A DNA stretch of 33,377 nucleotides, from assembly GCF_004010195.1 (NCBI RefSeq), contig NC_057719.1, positions 20,127,112 through 20,160,488 on the forward strand. The letters run 5' to 3'. The first letter of the stretch is position 1. Each line of letters opens with the position of its first letter. This document shows, in pieces, positions 1 through 12,947 of the stretch. The position numbers and the translations under genes were made by a program. The notes below the pieces were generated by a model, which saw nothing but the letters and a program-made list of their open reading frames with translations, was not told the DNA's origin and made no database searches. Source of the DNA: Chiloscyllium plagiosum. Lineage: Eukaryota.

Positions 1-3000
1 GGGGAACAGACACACATCTCACTCACTCACAATGAGACGCACAGGGTAACAGACACACTTCTCACTCACTCTCAGTGAGACGCACAAGATCACAGACAAA
101 CTTCTCACTCTGAGTGAGACGCACAGGGAAACAAACACACATGTCACTCATTCTCAGTGAGACACACAGGGTGACAGACACACAACTCACTCACTCTCAC
201 TGACACGCACAGTATAAAAGACACACATCTCACTCACTCAGTGAGACGCACCGGGGAACAGACACACATCTCACTCACTGAGTAAGACGCAGAGGGTAAC
301 AAACACTCATCTCACTCACTCTCAGTGAGACGCACAGGGTAACAGACACACATCTCACCTCACTCTCAGGGAGACGCACAGGGTAACAAACACACATCCC
401 ACTCACTCTCAGTGAGACGCAGAGGGTAACAAACACACATCTCACTCACTCTCAGTGAGACGCACAGGGTTACAGACACTCATCCCACTCACTGAGTGAG
501 ACGCACAGGGTAACAGACATACATCTCACCTCACTCTCAGTGAGACGCACAGGATAACACACATATCTCACTCTCAGTGAGTCGCGCACGGGAACGGACA
601 CAAATCTCACTCGCTCTCAGTGCGACGCACATGATCATAAACACACATCTCACTCACTCAGTGAGACGCACAGTATAACAGACACACAAATCACTCACTC
701 GCAGTGAGATGCACAGGGTAACAGACACACCTCACTCACTGAGTGAGACGCACAGGATCACAAACGCACATCTCACTCACTCTCAGTGAGACGCACAGGG
801 TAACAGTCGCACATCTCACTCACTCTCAGTGAGACGCACAAGATAGCAGACACACCTCACTCACTGAGTGAGACGCACAGGATAACAGACACACATCTCA
901 CTCACTCTCAGTGAGACGCACAGGATAACAGACACACATCTCACTCACTCCCAGTGAGATGCACAGGGTAACAGACACACATCTCACTCATTCTCAGTCA
1001 GACGCACAGAATCACTGACACACATCTCACTCATTGAGTGAGACGCACAGGGTAACAAACACGCGTCACTCATTCTCAGTGAGATGCATAGGGTAACAGA
1101 CACACATATCACTCACTCTCAGTGTGACGCAAAGGATAACAGACACACATCTCACTCACTCTCAGTGAGACGCACAGGATCACTGACACACATCTCACTC
1201 ACTCTCTGAGACGCACAGGGTAACAAACACACATCTCACTCAGTGACACGCACAGGATAACAGACACACATCTCACTCACTGAGTGAGACGCACAGGATC
1301 ACAGACACACATCTCACTCACTCTCACTGACACGCACAGGGTAACAGACACATCTCACTCACTCAGCGAGACGCACAGGGTAACAGACACACATTCCACT
1401 TACTCTCAATGAGACGCACCGGGGAACAGACACACATCTCACTCACTGAGCAAGACGCAGAGGGTAACAAACACACATCTCACTCACTCTCAGTGACACG
1501 CACAGGATAACAGACACACATCTCACTCACTGAGTGAGACGCACAGGGTTACAGACACTCATCCCACTCACTGAGTGAGACGCACAGGGGAACAGACATA
1601 CATCTCACCTCACTCTCAGTGAGACGCACAGGATAACACACATTTCTCACTCTCAGTGAGTCGCGCACGGGAACGGACACAAATCTCACTCACTCTCAGT
1701 GAGACGCACAGTATAACAGACACACATCTCACTCACTCAGTGAGACGCACAGTATAACAGACACACATCTCACTCACTCGCAGTGAGACGTACGCGATCA
1801 CAGACACACAAATCACTCACTCTCAGTGAGACGCACAGGGTAACAGACACACCTCACTCACTCTCAATGAGACGCACAGGATCACAGACACACATCTCAC
1901 TCACTCTCAGTGAGACGCACAGGATCACAGACACACAGCTCACTCACTCTCAATGAGACGCACCGGGGAACAGACACACATCTCACTCACTGAGCAAGAC
2001 GCAGAGGGTTACAGACACTCATCCCACTCACACTCAGTAAGACGCACAGGATCACAGACACACATCTCACTCACTCAGTGAGACGCACAGGATAACAGAC
2101 ACACATCTCACTCACTCTCAGTGAGACGCACAGGATAAGAGACACACATCTCACTCACTGTCAGTGAGACGCACAGGGTAACAGACACACATCTCACGCA
2201 CTCACAATGAGACGCACAGGATAACAGACACACATCTCAAACACTCTCAGTAAGATGCACAGGATAACACACATATCTCACGCACTCCCGGTGAGACGCA
2301 CAGGATAACAGACACGCATCCCCCTCACTGTCAGGGAGACGCACAGGGTAACAAACACACATCCCACTCACTCTCAGTGAGACGCAGAGGTTAACAGATA
2401 CACATCTCACTCACTCTCACAGAGACACACAGGGTAACAAACACATCTCACTCATTCTCAGTCAGACGCACAGGGTAACAGACACACATCACACTCACTC
2501 TCAGGGAGACGTACAGGATCACAGACACACATCTCACACATTCTCAATGAGACGCACAGAATCACAGACACACATCTCACTCACTGAGTGAGACGCACAG
2601 GGTAACAGATACACATCTCACTCACTCTCAGTGAGACGCACAGTATAACAGACACACATCTCACTCACGGAGTGCGACGCACAGGGTAACAGTCGCACAT
2701 CTCACTCACTGTCAGTGAGACACACAGGATAACAGACACACATCCTATTCACTCTCAGTGTGACGCACAAGCCAACAGACACACATATCACTCACTCTCA
2801 GTAAGACGCACAGGGTAACAGACACACATCTCACTCTCAGTGAGACGCAAAGGATAACAGACACACTTCTCACTCATTGAGTGAGACCACAGGGTAACAA
2901 ACACATGTCACTCATTCTCAGTGAGACGCACAGGGTAACAGACACACATCACACTCACTCTCAGTGAGACGCACAGGATAACAGACACACATCCCACTCA

Positions 3001-6000
3001 CTCTCAGTGAGACGCAGAGGATCACAGACACACATATCACTCACCGTCAGTGAGACGCAGAGGGTAACAGATACACATCTCACTCACTCTCACTGAGACG
3101 CACAGGATCACAGACACACATCTCACTCACCGTCAGTGAGAGACACAGGGTAACAGACACACATCTCACTCTCAGTGTGACGCACATGATAACACACATC
3201 TCACTCACTCTCAGTGAGACGCACAGGATCACTGACACACATCTCACTCACTCTCAGTGAGACGCACAGGGTAACAGACACACATCTCACTCACTCTCAG
3301 TGAGACACACAGGATCACAGACACACTTCTCACTCATTGAGTGAGACCACAGGGTAACAAACACACATGTCACTCATTCTCAGCGAGATGTAAAGGGTAA
3401 CAGACACACGTATCACTCACTCCCAGTGAGACGCACTGGGTAACAGACACATTTCACTCACTCACAGTGAGATGCACAGGATAAAAGACACACATCTCAC
3501 TCACTGAGTGAGACACACAGGGTAACAAACACACATCTCACTCACTCCCAGTGAGACGCGCAGTGTAACAGACTCTCATCTCACTCACTCCCACTGAGAT
3601 GCACAGGATAACAGACACACATCTCACTCACTCTCAGTGAGACGTAGAGGATCACAGACACGCATCACACTCATTCAGTGAGACCACAGGGTAACAAACA
3701 CACGTCACTCATTCTCAGTGAGACGCACAGGATCACAGACACACATCTCACTCACTGAGTGAGACGCACAGGGTAACAAACACATGTCACTCTCAGTGTG
3801 ACGCAAAGGATAACAGACTCACATCTCACTCCTCTCACTGACACGCACAGGATCACAGACACGCATCTCACTCTCACTGAGACGCACAGGATCACAGACA
3901 CACTTCTCACTCATTGAGTGAGACGCACAGGGTAACAGACACACATCTCACTCACTCTAACTGACACGCACAGGATAACAGACACAACTCACTCACTCTC
4001 AGTGAGACGCACAGGATCACTGACACACATCTCACTCACTGAGTGAGACGCAGAGTGTAACAGGCACACATCTCACTCACTCTCATCGAGGCGCACAGTA
4101 TAACACACATATCTCACTCACTCTCAGTGAGACGCACAGAATAACAGACACACATCTCCTTCACTCTTAGTGAGACGCACAGGGTAACAGACACACATAT
4201 CACTCACTCTCAGTGAGGCGCACAGGGTAACAAACACACATCCCACTCACGCACAGGATAACAGACACACATCTCTCTCACTCTCAGTAAGACGCACAGG
4301 GTAACAGATACACATCTCACTCACTCTAACTGACACGCACAGGATAACAGACACATCTCACTCACTCTCAGTGAGACGCACAGGATCACAGACACACATC
4401 TCACTCACTGAATGAGACGCAGAGTGTAACAGGCACACATCTCACTCACTCTCATCGAGGCGCACAGGATCAGAGAAACACATCTCACTCACTCCCAGCG
4501 AGACCCACGGGATAACAGACAAGCATCTCACTCACTCTCAGTGAGACGCACAGTATAACACACATACCTCACTCACTCTCAGTGAGACGCACAGAATAAC
4601 AGACACACATCTCCCTCAGTGAGACGCACAGGATCACAGACACACATCTCACTCACTCACAATGAGACGCACAGGGTAACAGAAACACATCTCACTCACA
4701 GTGAGACGCACAGGGGAACAGACACACATCTCACTCACTCTCAGTCAGACGCACAGGATAAAAGACACACATCTCATGCACTGAGTGAGACACACAGGAT
4801 AACAGACACACATCTCACTCAGTCTCAATGAGATGCACAGGATCACAGACACACATTACACTCACTCTCAGTGAGACGCACTGGGTAACAGACACACATC
4901 TCACTCACTCTCAGTGAGACGCACAGGATCACAGACACACACCTCACTCACTAAGTAAGACGTACAGGGTAACAGACATACATCTCACTCACTCTCAGTG
5001 AGACACACACGATCACAGACAAACACCTCACTCACTCTCAGTGAGATACAAAGGGTCACAGACACACATTTACTCACTGAGTGAGACGCACAGGGTAACA
5101 GACACACATCTCACTCACTCAGTGACACGCACAGGGTAACAGACACACATCTCGCTCACTCAGTCAGACGCACAGGGTTACAGACACACATCTCACTCAT
5201 TGAGTGAGACGCACAGGGTTACAAACACACATCTCACTCACTGAGTTAGATGCAGAGGGTAACAGACACACATCTCACTCATTCTCAGTGAGACGCACAC
5301 GATCACAGGCACATCACACTCACTCTCAGTGAGACGCACAGTCTAAAAGACACCCATCTCACTCACTCTCAGTCAGACGCAGAGGGTAACAAACACACAT
5401 CTCACTCACTCTCAGTGAGACGCACAGGATAACAGACACACATCTCACTCACCCTCAATGAGACGCACCGGGGAACAGGCACACATCTCAGTCACTCTCA
5501 GTGAGTCGCACAGGATAACAGACACACATCTCACTGACTCTCAGTGAGACGCACAAGGTAACAGACACACATCTCACTCACTGAGTGAGACGCACAGGAT
5601 AACAGACATACATCTCACTCACTCTCAGTGAGACGCACAGGGTAACAGTCACACATCTCACTCACTCTCAGTCAGACGCACAGGATAACAGACACACATC
5701 TCACTCACTGAGTGAGGCGCACAGTATAACAGACACACATCTCACTCATTCTCAGTGAGACGCTCAGGATCACAGACACACATCTCACTCACTCCCACTG
5801 AGACGCACAGGATAACAGACACACATCTCTCTCAATCTCAGTGAGACGCACAGGATCACAGACACACATCTCACTCTCACTGAGACGCACAGGATCACAG
5901 ACACACATCTCACTCTCACTGAGATCACAGATACAGTTCTCACTCACTGAGTGAGACACACAGGGTAACAGACAAACATCTCACTCACTCTCATTGAAAC

Positions 6001-6375
6001 GCACAGGGCAACAGACATACATCTCACTCACTCTCAGTGAGACGCACAGGGTAACAGTCACACATCTCACTCACTCTCAGTCAGACGCAGAGGGTAACAA
6101 ACACACATCTCACTCACTCTCAGTGAGACGCACAGGGTAACAGTCACACATCTCACTCACTCTCAGTCAGACGCAGAGGGTAACAAACACACATCTCACT
6201 CACTCTCAGTGAGACGCACAGGGTAACAGTCACACATCTCACTCACTCTCAGTCAGACGCACAGGATAACAGACACACATCTCACTCACCCTCAATGAGA
6301 CGCACCGGGGAACAGGCACACATCTCAGTCACTCTCAGTGAGTCGCACAGGATAACAGACACACATCTCACTCAC
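1..6375. repeat. Tandem satellite/minisatellite, ~43-bp unit (41-bp and shorter variants), roughly 150 copies, runs off the left edge
   Basis: Consensus GTGAGACGCACAGG(G/A)TAACAGACACACATCTCACTCACTCTCA; GTGAGA starts at 868, 911 and 954 (43-bp period); ends abruptly at ...CTCACTCAC 6375. Confidence 0.97.
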
Positions 6376-6646
6376 CAGAACAGACATGCGGAGACATTTC
6401 TTCAGCCAGAGAGTGGTGGGCCTGTGGAATTCATTGCCACGGAGTGCAGTGGAAGCCGGGACGCTAAATGTCTTCAAGGCCGAGATTGATAGATTCTTGT
6501 TGTCTAGAGGAATTAAGGGCTACGGGGAGAACGCTGGTAAGTGGAGCTGAAATGCGCATCAGCCATGATTGAATGGCGGAGTGGACTCGATGGGCCGAAT
6601 GGCCTTACTTCCACTCCTATGTCTTATGGTCTTATGGTCTTATGGT
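6376..6646 (+). mobile_element. 5'-truncated CR1 LINE 3' end (ORF2 C-terminus, 3'UTR, microsatellite tail)
   Basis: Reads RTDMRRHFFSQRVVGLWNSLPRSAVEAGTLNVFKAEIDRFL...WS*, a typical CR1 ORF2 end; 3'UTR GGGCCGAATGGCCT; tail (CTTATGGT)x3; CpGs retained, so likely young. Confidence 0.9.
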
Positions 6647-7277
6647 TACCATTAACCAGAACTGAACTGGAATCATGATATAAATACCATGGCAACAAGA
6701 GCAGGGTCAAAGGCTAGGAATACCGTGGTGAGTAAACTCACCTCCTGACTGCCTGAAGCCTGTCCACCAGCTACAAGGCACGAGTCAGAAATGTGGTGGA
6801 ATATTCCCCACTTTCCTGGATGAGTACAGCTCCAGTAGGACCCAAGAAGCTCGACACCATCCACAACAAAGCAACCCACTTGAATGGCACCATGTCCACA
6901 ACTATTTGGTCACTTCACCACCCAGGCTTAGTAGCAGTGGTGTATATGAGCTCCAAGATGCACTGGTGAAATCCACTGAAGATCCTTAGACAGCACATTC
7001 CAAACACACAGTCACTGTCATCTAGAAGAACAATGGGCTGCACATACATGGAAACACCACCACTTGGGGGTTTCCCTCTCAGCCACTCATCACCCTGACT
7101 TGGAAATATATCACTGTCCCTTCACTGTTGCTGGTTTAGATCCTAAGGGTATTGTGTGTCAACATACAGCACACGGACTGCAGCGGTTCAAGAAGTCAGC
7201 TCACCACCATCTTCTCAAGGGCCGGGCAATAAGTGCTGGTCAGCCAGAATGTCTATATCCCATGAGAGAATTAAAAA
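6647..7277 (+). mobile_element. Degenerate CR1-group (CR1/L2-like) LINE 3' portion
   Basis: Frameshifted remnants ATRAG.RLGI, YKARVRNVVEYSPLSWMS, KKLDTIHNKA, LQRFKKSAHHHLLKG, then a GGGCAATAAGTGCTGG...ATCCCATGA...AAAA tail. Confidence 0.8.
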
Positions 7278-7909
7278 GGAACTTTGAGAGATTTGATGGG
7301 GTCTCAGACCTTCAAATGGCATGAGTGTGTTTAACAGCTCTTCAGTGGGAACCCAATCGTGTCCCATCATTCACTATGTTGCAAAATAACTCCTTAGTTA
7401 CAAATATGTCCCCAAATACTTAATCAGACTGCTGAAATTAACAGCCTAATCATACTGAAAGAATAACCACTCAGTTCCAATTGTAGGTCCTCTAAATTGC
7501 GTACAAATGTTGTATTGTGTTCAAATGTTTTGCTAACATACTCATATATTCTAATTTTGCCCCTTATGTTTAAAATATCCTTCTGGGGCTTCTAAAATGC
7601 TACCTAAATTCCTTCCTACCATTAAATTCTGTAGCATTGTATGCTTTTTCTATCAATTTGATACCATTCTTGCTCAGTTAACTACACATGATTCATCTTT
7701 CCTGTAGCACGTGCACTGACTGTTCCATCCTCTCTCTCACTAGGGGCAGGATTGCAGGTGGAATGGGGGTTGTATAAAATTGGCATCAATCTAGAAGCAA
7801 ATATCCATCACCTGCCCCAGATCTCATGTTACCAGCAGAGAAGGAGCAAGTCACGTACCTCCAAGGATGTATTAGCCCTTGGAGGACTTATGGTGTAAGT
7901 TTACAATAA

Positions 7910-8606
7910 TGATACCTGGACTTCAGGGGTTATGAGGAGAAATTATACAAATTAAGCCAGACTTCTCTAGAATTCAGAACATATGGGATGATCTGATTGA
8001 AGTCTTCAAAATATTAACAGGAACATACAGGGTAGGTAATTATACTGATTGGAACGAGGGTCAGGTGGATCTCCTTGACTATGAGATCCTTGATTGGAGT
8101 TGTTAACCTGGGACAATCAAGGAGCCTTGGGTGACAGATGAGAAAAACAGGAGATTCTGAGATTCTCATCATTCTCGGGACTGGCTTTGAACTGGCTGGT
8201 CAGAGTCCATGTACTATGCATGTTTAAATAAAAGGTGACTTGGTGATGGGATACCAGCCTCCATGCAGTTATTTCAATGAGGATAAAGCATTTCCACTGG
8301 TTAGGGATTCCAGTGCTAGGGAACATAGTCTGAGAATTAGGACCAGACCATTCAAGAGAGGCATTACAAAGCACTTCTACACACAAAGGATGGTAGATAT
8401 TTTAAACTTTCTTTCACAAATGGCAGTGGATGTAGGATTAATTATTAATTTTATATCAGAGATGAATGATTTTTTTTTGTTAAGCAAAGGCCTTAAGGGT
8501 AATAGCCCAACGGCAGTTATATGGAATTAGGTCACTGATCAGTCATCATCTCATTGAATGGTGGACCAGGCTTGAGGGGCTGAATGGCCTACTACTGTTC
8601 CTATGT
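7910..8606 (+). mobile_element. Degenerate CR1 LINE 3' end, interrupted by an LTR-like insert at ~8036-8276
   Basis: GYEEKL, DLIEVFKILTG before the insert; FPLVRDSSAREHSLRIR..KHFYTQRMV after it; 3'UTR TTGAGGGGCTGAATGGCCTACT..CCTATGT. Confidence 0.8.
8036..8276 (+). mobile_element. Probable solo LTR
   Basis: ~240-bp block interrupting a colinear CR1; has ATTGG/CAAT boxes, AATAAA near 8227 and a ...TTATTTCA end. No clear TSD. Confidence 0.5.
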
Positions 8607-9755
8607 CTCTCTGTCTTATGTTTCCCCAGCAAAAAGAAGCCAGAGAGTCTTGCCCACTTAAGGATCTTCATTGTCCACTGTAGCTATTTTACCTAAGGCA
8701 AAATTAGGTCTGGTCATGAGGCAATCAAGTAAAACCAGACAGCTTGACACCCCATGCCCATTGGAGGCCCCATAGGACTGCAAGTCACTTCCTCTGCAGT
8801 TCCACCCCCCCCCATCCCCTTGCCCTTTCCAAACAACTCTCCTTTCCACCTTGTCCAAGGTGAGACCCCAGACTGCCTGTTTATTCTGACTCTAATGCTG
8901 AATGTCTTCCTCTTGGCCTCATTGCTTTCTAGCAATGACCACAGCTTCTGATGGCCCTGTTGAGATATGGGACATGCAGGTCTCCTTTCTAGCTGTCTGT
9001 TTTTTTTGAGGTGGACCTTCCTCTTGTGAGGAGCAGAGGTTCTGCCTCTAAAACTAAAGGTTTGTCAGCTGAAGATGGGCATGTGTCTGATTTGTAGGCC
9101 AGCAGCATCACTGCCCCAAAAATAATATTCATCTCTTTCTTTCTCAGTTCTTGATATTCACTCCAGAACACAGCCTGCTGTCCAGATACCTGGAACGAAA
9201 GTGGATGTACAAAACAGATATTAATTAACCTTCTAAGTAGGAAATAATGAAAGTAATAAATTACTCCAAATTTATCCTTGTATGCATAGCCAATTACATT
9301 CAGGCGTTTCAGTGGGATTAACGCTACCAGTGCAGTTTAATCTATAAACTGCATTTCTGTTAAACTGTTGCAATGAAATTTCTAATTTTTCTTTGAATTG
9401 TGAATGATAAAGATTAAAAAAAGAAATTATTTTGAAATTTATTGCATATTATTTCCTGCAATCATTAAATTATAATGTGTTCGTAAAATAGCCATGGTAA
9501 TCGAAGGTAGCGAGAGTAGCTACTGTAGATCTTTTCATATAAATTGATTCAGACTTTTACATACATTGGTATATAATTTAAACTCCCATCTTGTCAGCTA
9601 CAAACTGCTGTACTGGCATTGATAGTCTTTTTCCTTACCTAATATAATAAGTCAGTACATAAGATCAAGTAGGTGATACAGACTATGTTACCAAGTAGAT
9701 GCACAGGAGCTCCAGATTCAGTCACACAGAGCAGACCGTGTACAGAATAGCAAGT

Positions 9756-10244
9756 GATGAACAAAAATGGGTCCTCCAGCAAAAATGAACAATGAAGTGG
9801 TTTCAAGCTATAAGTAACAACTTTTGATAACTCATCGAATAATTGTGCTGCAGCGAGGGAATCAATGCAACTAGAAACCTGACTGAAGTGAGGAAGAAGA
9901 CATAATCGACCTTGAAGAAGATGCTCCAGCCCAAATGTATCATTGGAACATGGAACAGTCGACTGCCTGATCTTGAGAAGCATGTATTAGAATGTGTCCT
10001 CAAAATTCAATGGAATGGCTACCTTGACATCAGAAAAGCAATTTCACTATCTAAGATGACCAAAACAGAACCTGACCCCAGAAAATACTTCAGACCAGCA
10101 GAAGAACAAAGGTATCTGTGTTGCAGCAGAAGTCCAATGTTGCTCAGATGCTATTGAGAGGCCTTAATGCCAAAATTACCAATTTCCAGCAGTTCATCAT
10201 TATAAGTGCCCATTAATTCACATTAGGAACATGGATGAGAAGCC
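9756..10244 (+). pseudogene. pogo-type transposase N-terminal part (Brinker-like DBD plus HTH_Tnp_Tc5), disrupted
   Basis: Includes ORF 9912-10157 (KKMLQPKC..RLPDLEKHVLECV); stops and frameshifts; ends at the MDE motif. Confidence 0.7.
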
Positions 10245-11822
10245 AAAACCAGAATTTGCTGGAAAATCTCAGCAGGTCTGACAGCATCTGTGGAGAGAAA
10301 TCAGTTAATGTTTCAGGTCCAGTGATCCTTCTTCAGAACTGATGGTAGCGAGAAAAAGAGTGTTTTTTATACAGAAGATAGGGTGGTGGGGAGGGGATAA
10401 GGAGCAAACGATAGATGGAGATAGAGTCCAAAGACAGAGAAAAACAGTTGGACAGACAAATGAGTGGTTAAATGTCAATCTGGGGGAATGAATAGCATGT
10501 AAATGGGGACTAATACTCATTGACAATGGGATGATTGTGATGGCAGCCAATGTGATGACAAGGCCTGGCATGTGGGGATGGGGAAAGGAACTCAAGCCCA
10601 AAAATTGTTGAACTCGATATTGAGCCCAGGGTTCCCAATTGAAAAATGAGGTGGTGTTCTTCTAGATTGCGCTGAGCTTCGCTGGAGCACTGCAGCAAGC
10701 CTGAGGCAGAGATGTTGGCCAGGGAACACAATTGCATTGAGACAGCAAGCAACTCAGAGCCAGGGTCCTTTTTTGGCAGATAGAATGTAGGTGTTCTGAA
10801 AAGCAGTCTCCCAGTCTGAACTTTATTTCCCCAATGTAGAGGAGACCACATAGTGAGCAGTACATGCAGTCAACTGGATAGGGTGAAGTCTGGGTAAAGT
10901 GCTGCCTCACCTGGAAGGTATGTTTGAGACCTTGGATGGTGAGGAAGGAAGAAGTAAATGAGTAGGTGTTACATTTCTGCATTTACAGGGCAAGTGTGGA
11001 CAGGGGTTGTTGGGCATGAAGAAACAGTGGACTAAGGTGACCCTGAAGAAATGGTCTTTGAGGGAGGGGAGGGGAATATGTGTCTGGTGTTGGCATCCTG
11101 CTGGAGGTGGTAAAAATGGTGGCTAATGATCCTTTGGATGTGGATGCGGTTGGGATGGTAGGTGAGGAGGAAAGAGAGGAGTTGAGGTCCGAAGTGCGGG
11201 AGATGAGTCGGACCTGACTGAGGGCCCTTTCAATTACAATGCTGGGCAATCCTTGGGTGAGAAAGAAGGAAGACTCTGCCTTATCGAAGTTGGCATCATC
11301 AGAAAAGATTTGATGGAGACGGACAGACTGGGAGAGTGGAATACAGTCTTTAAAGGAAGCAGGGTGTGAGGATGTATACTTCAGGTAACTGTGGGAGTCA
11401 GTGGGTTTATAATGGATATTGGGCCTAGCCCAGAAATAGAAACAGAGATGTTGAGGAAGGGAGTGAAGGAGTCAGAGATGGATCAGGTGAAGGTGAGAGT
11501 TGCTTGGACATTGGAAGCTTCTGGACAAGAGAGGGAAGTAGCACCAATGATGTCATCGCTATACCTGAGAAAGAGTTATGGTTGGGAGCTGGTGTAAGAC
11601 TGGAACCAGGAATGTTCCACATATTCCACAATGGGAAATACACAACTGGAGGCCATGCAAATATTCACAGCCACTCTTTTGAACTGAAAAAAAAATGCAA
11701 GGAATTAAAAGAGAAGTTGTTCAGGGTGAGGATGGGCTCAGTCAGGTGGAGGAGGATAGTGGTTGATGAAGTTGGCTCAGGCTTTTGTTCCAGAAAGAAA
11801 CAGAGAGCCCTGAGACCATCCT
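10245..11822 (-). mobile_element. Penelope-like retroelement, 5'-truncated (RT C-terminal part, GIY-YIG endonuclease, terminal repeat)
   Basis: ORF 10662-10982 has CSLCGLLYIGEIKFRLGDCFSEH (GIY-YIG); ORF 10510-10851 has LEEHHLIFQLGTL; flanked by near-identical 11-mers GATGAGAAGCC (10234-10244) and GATGGGAAGCC (11823-11833). Confidence 0.9.
10303..10340 (-). ncRNA. Minimal hammerhead ribozyme motif in a Penelope terminus (slightly degenerate)
   Basis: Minus strand AGTT-CTGAAGA-A-GGATC ACTG GACCT-GAAA-CATT-AACT; helix I AGTT/AACT. Confidence 0.6.
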
Positions 11823-11833
11823 GATGGGAAGCC

Positions 11834-12720
11834 CATGAGTTTCGATATTCTCAGTTGCCGAAGTGAAGTGAAAAAATTCAGATACACTTCTGGTGAAAAT
11901 TATATTTGGTGAAAATTAAAAGTCATAAGAAGACAAGATTCATGGTGGTGAATTGCTAGCAGAACAAGATTAAAGTCTATGGTAATATTGAAATCTAAAA
12001 TCTTGCTGAACATCAAGTTCCCCACAGAAATAGGGCGGCACGGTGGTTAGCACTGCTGCCTCACAACGCCAGAGACCCAGGTTCAATTCCCACCTCAGGT
12101 GACTGACTGTGTGGAGTTTGCACATTCTCCCCGTGTCTGCGTGGGTTTCCTCTCACAGTCCAAAGATGTGTAGGTCAGGTAAATTGGCCATGTTAAATTG
12201 CCTGTAGTGTTAGGTGAAGGGGTAAGTGGGTGGCAGGTTGGTGTGGACTTGTTGGGCTAAAGGGCCTGTTTCCACACTGTAAGTAATCTAATCTTTATAT
12301 ATGTCCTTGACAATATTTTATAGATAAGGCTGATTAAGTAATTGTGTGAGATACACAATAGCCTATGTAGCAAACACAACCTATTATAGTAGAGCATGTT
12401 CAGATTGCATATAACCAATGAAATCAAGAGCTGCTTGCAAAGAAATAACATTCACATTGCAGGGGATCTAATAGTTATTGTTAAACTTTTGGATGTGTGT
12501 GTTAGCAAACCATTAAGGATCATGTTCACACCAGATGAAATAATTGGATGTTGTAGCCTTGGGCCTTGGTCCCTAGTGATCAATTGTGCTTGGATTACCA
12601 ACCAGGATCCATGATTTCTGTTCATGCCCCTCGACGGTTGACAGAGAATAAAACCTTCAAAAGGAGAGGAAATATGTGCAGGGCCCACATGATATTTTGT
12701 ATGATTTCGTTTTGTATGGT
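11834..12720 (+). pseudogene. pogo-type transposase DDE_1 domain remnant, interrupted by a SINE
   Basis: PMSFDILS, RFMVV, LKSMVILKSK, ORF 12396-12614 MFRLHITNEIKSCLQRNNIHIAG..LLDVCVSKP (cf. pogo QPLDVxxNKPFK), ENKTFKRRGNM. Confidence 0.7.
12033..12294 (+). mobile_element. HE1-like V-SINE (tRNA-derived)
   Basis: GGGCGGCACGGTGGTTAGCAC, B-box GGTTCAATTCCC, V-core TGTGTGGAGTTTGCACATTCTCCCCGTGTCTGCGTGGGTTTCCTC, tail AAGGGCCTGTTTCCACACTGTAAGTAATCTAATCT. Confidence 0.9.
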
Positions 12721-12869
12721 AGGATCAGATGTTTCAATAAATGGAGGACATCCAATTCAATAGATGGAAGGAAGAGGGTTTATTGTACAGGGTTAACTAT
12801 ACAATGAGAAGTGCCACATCCAATCCAGAGTGGGATGCTATGGCGATGCCGCAGACAAAATGACAATAT

Positions 12870-12947
12870 GGAAAATTCATTCATGGGATTTTTCTAGCTA
12901 TCATGAGTTGCATTTGAGAAGGTTGTAGTGAGCTACCTCCTTGAATG
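12870..12947 (-). mobile_element. Short 3' tail fragment of the CR1-group LINE seen at 6647-7277
   Basis: Reverse complement TTCAAGGAGGTAGCTCACTACAACCTTCTCAA..ATCCCATGAATGAATTTT resembles 7187-7275. Confidence 0.55.

Noticed and set aside
1..6375. CRISPR-like appearance (palindromic repeats), and His/Thr-rich ORFs 4619-4831 and 6295-6489
   Set aside because: There are no unique spacers and no cas genes, and the context is vertebrate. The ORFs are chance read-through of the satellite.
8989..9190. Minus-strand acceptor (TTTCGTTCCAG) followed by an open frame
   Set aside because: No recognisable protein and no supported upstream exon; would need RNA-seq.
12452..12763. Overlapping ORFs and an exon-like segment
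   Set aside because: Lies within the pogo transposase remnant.
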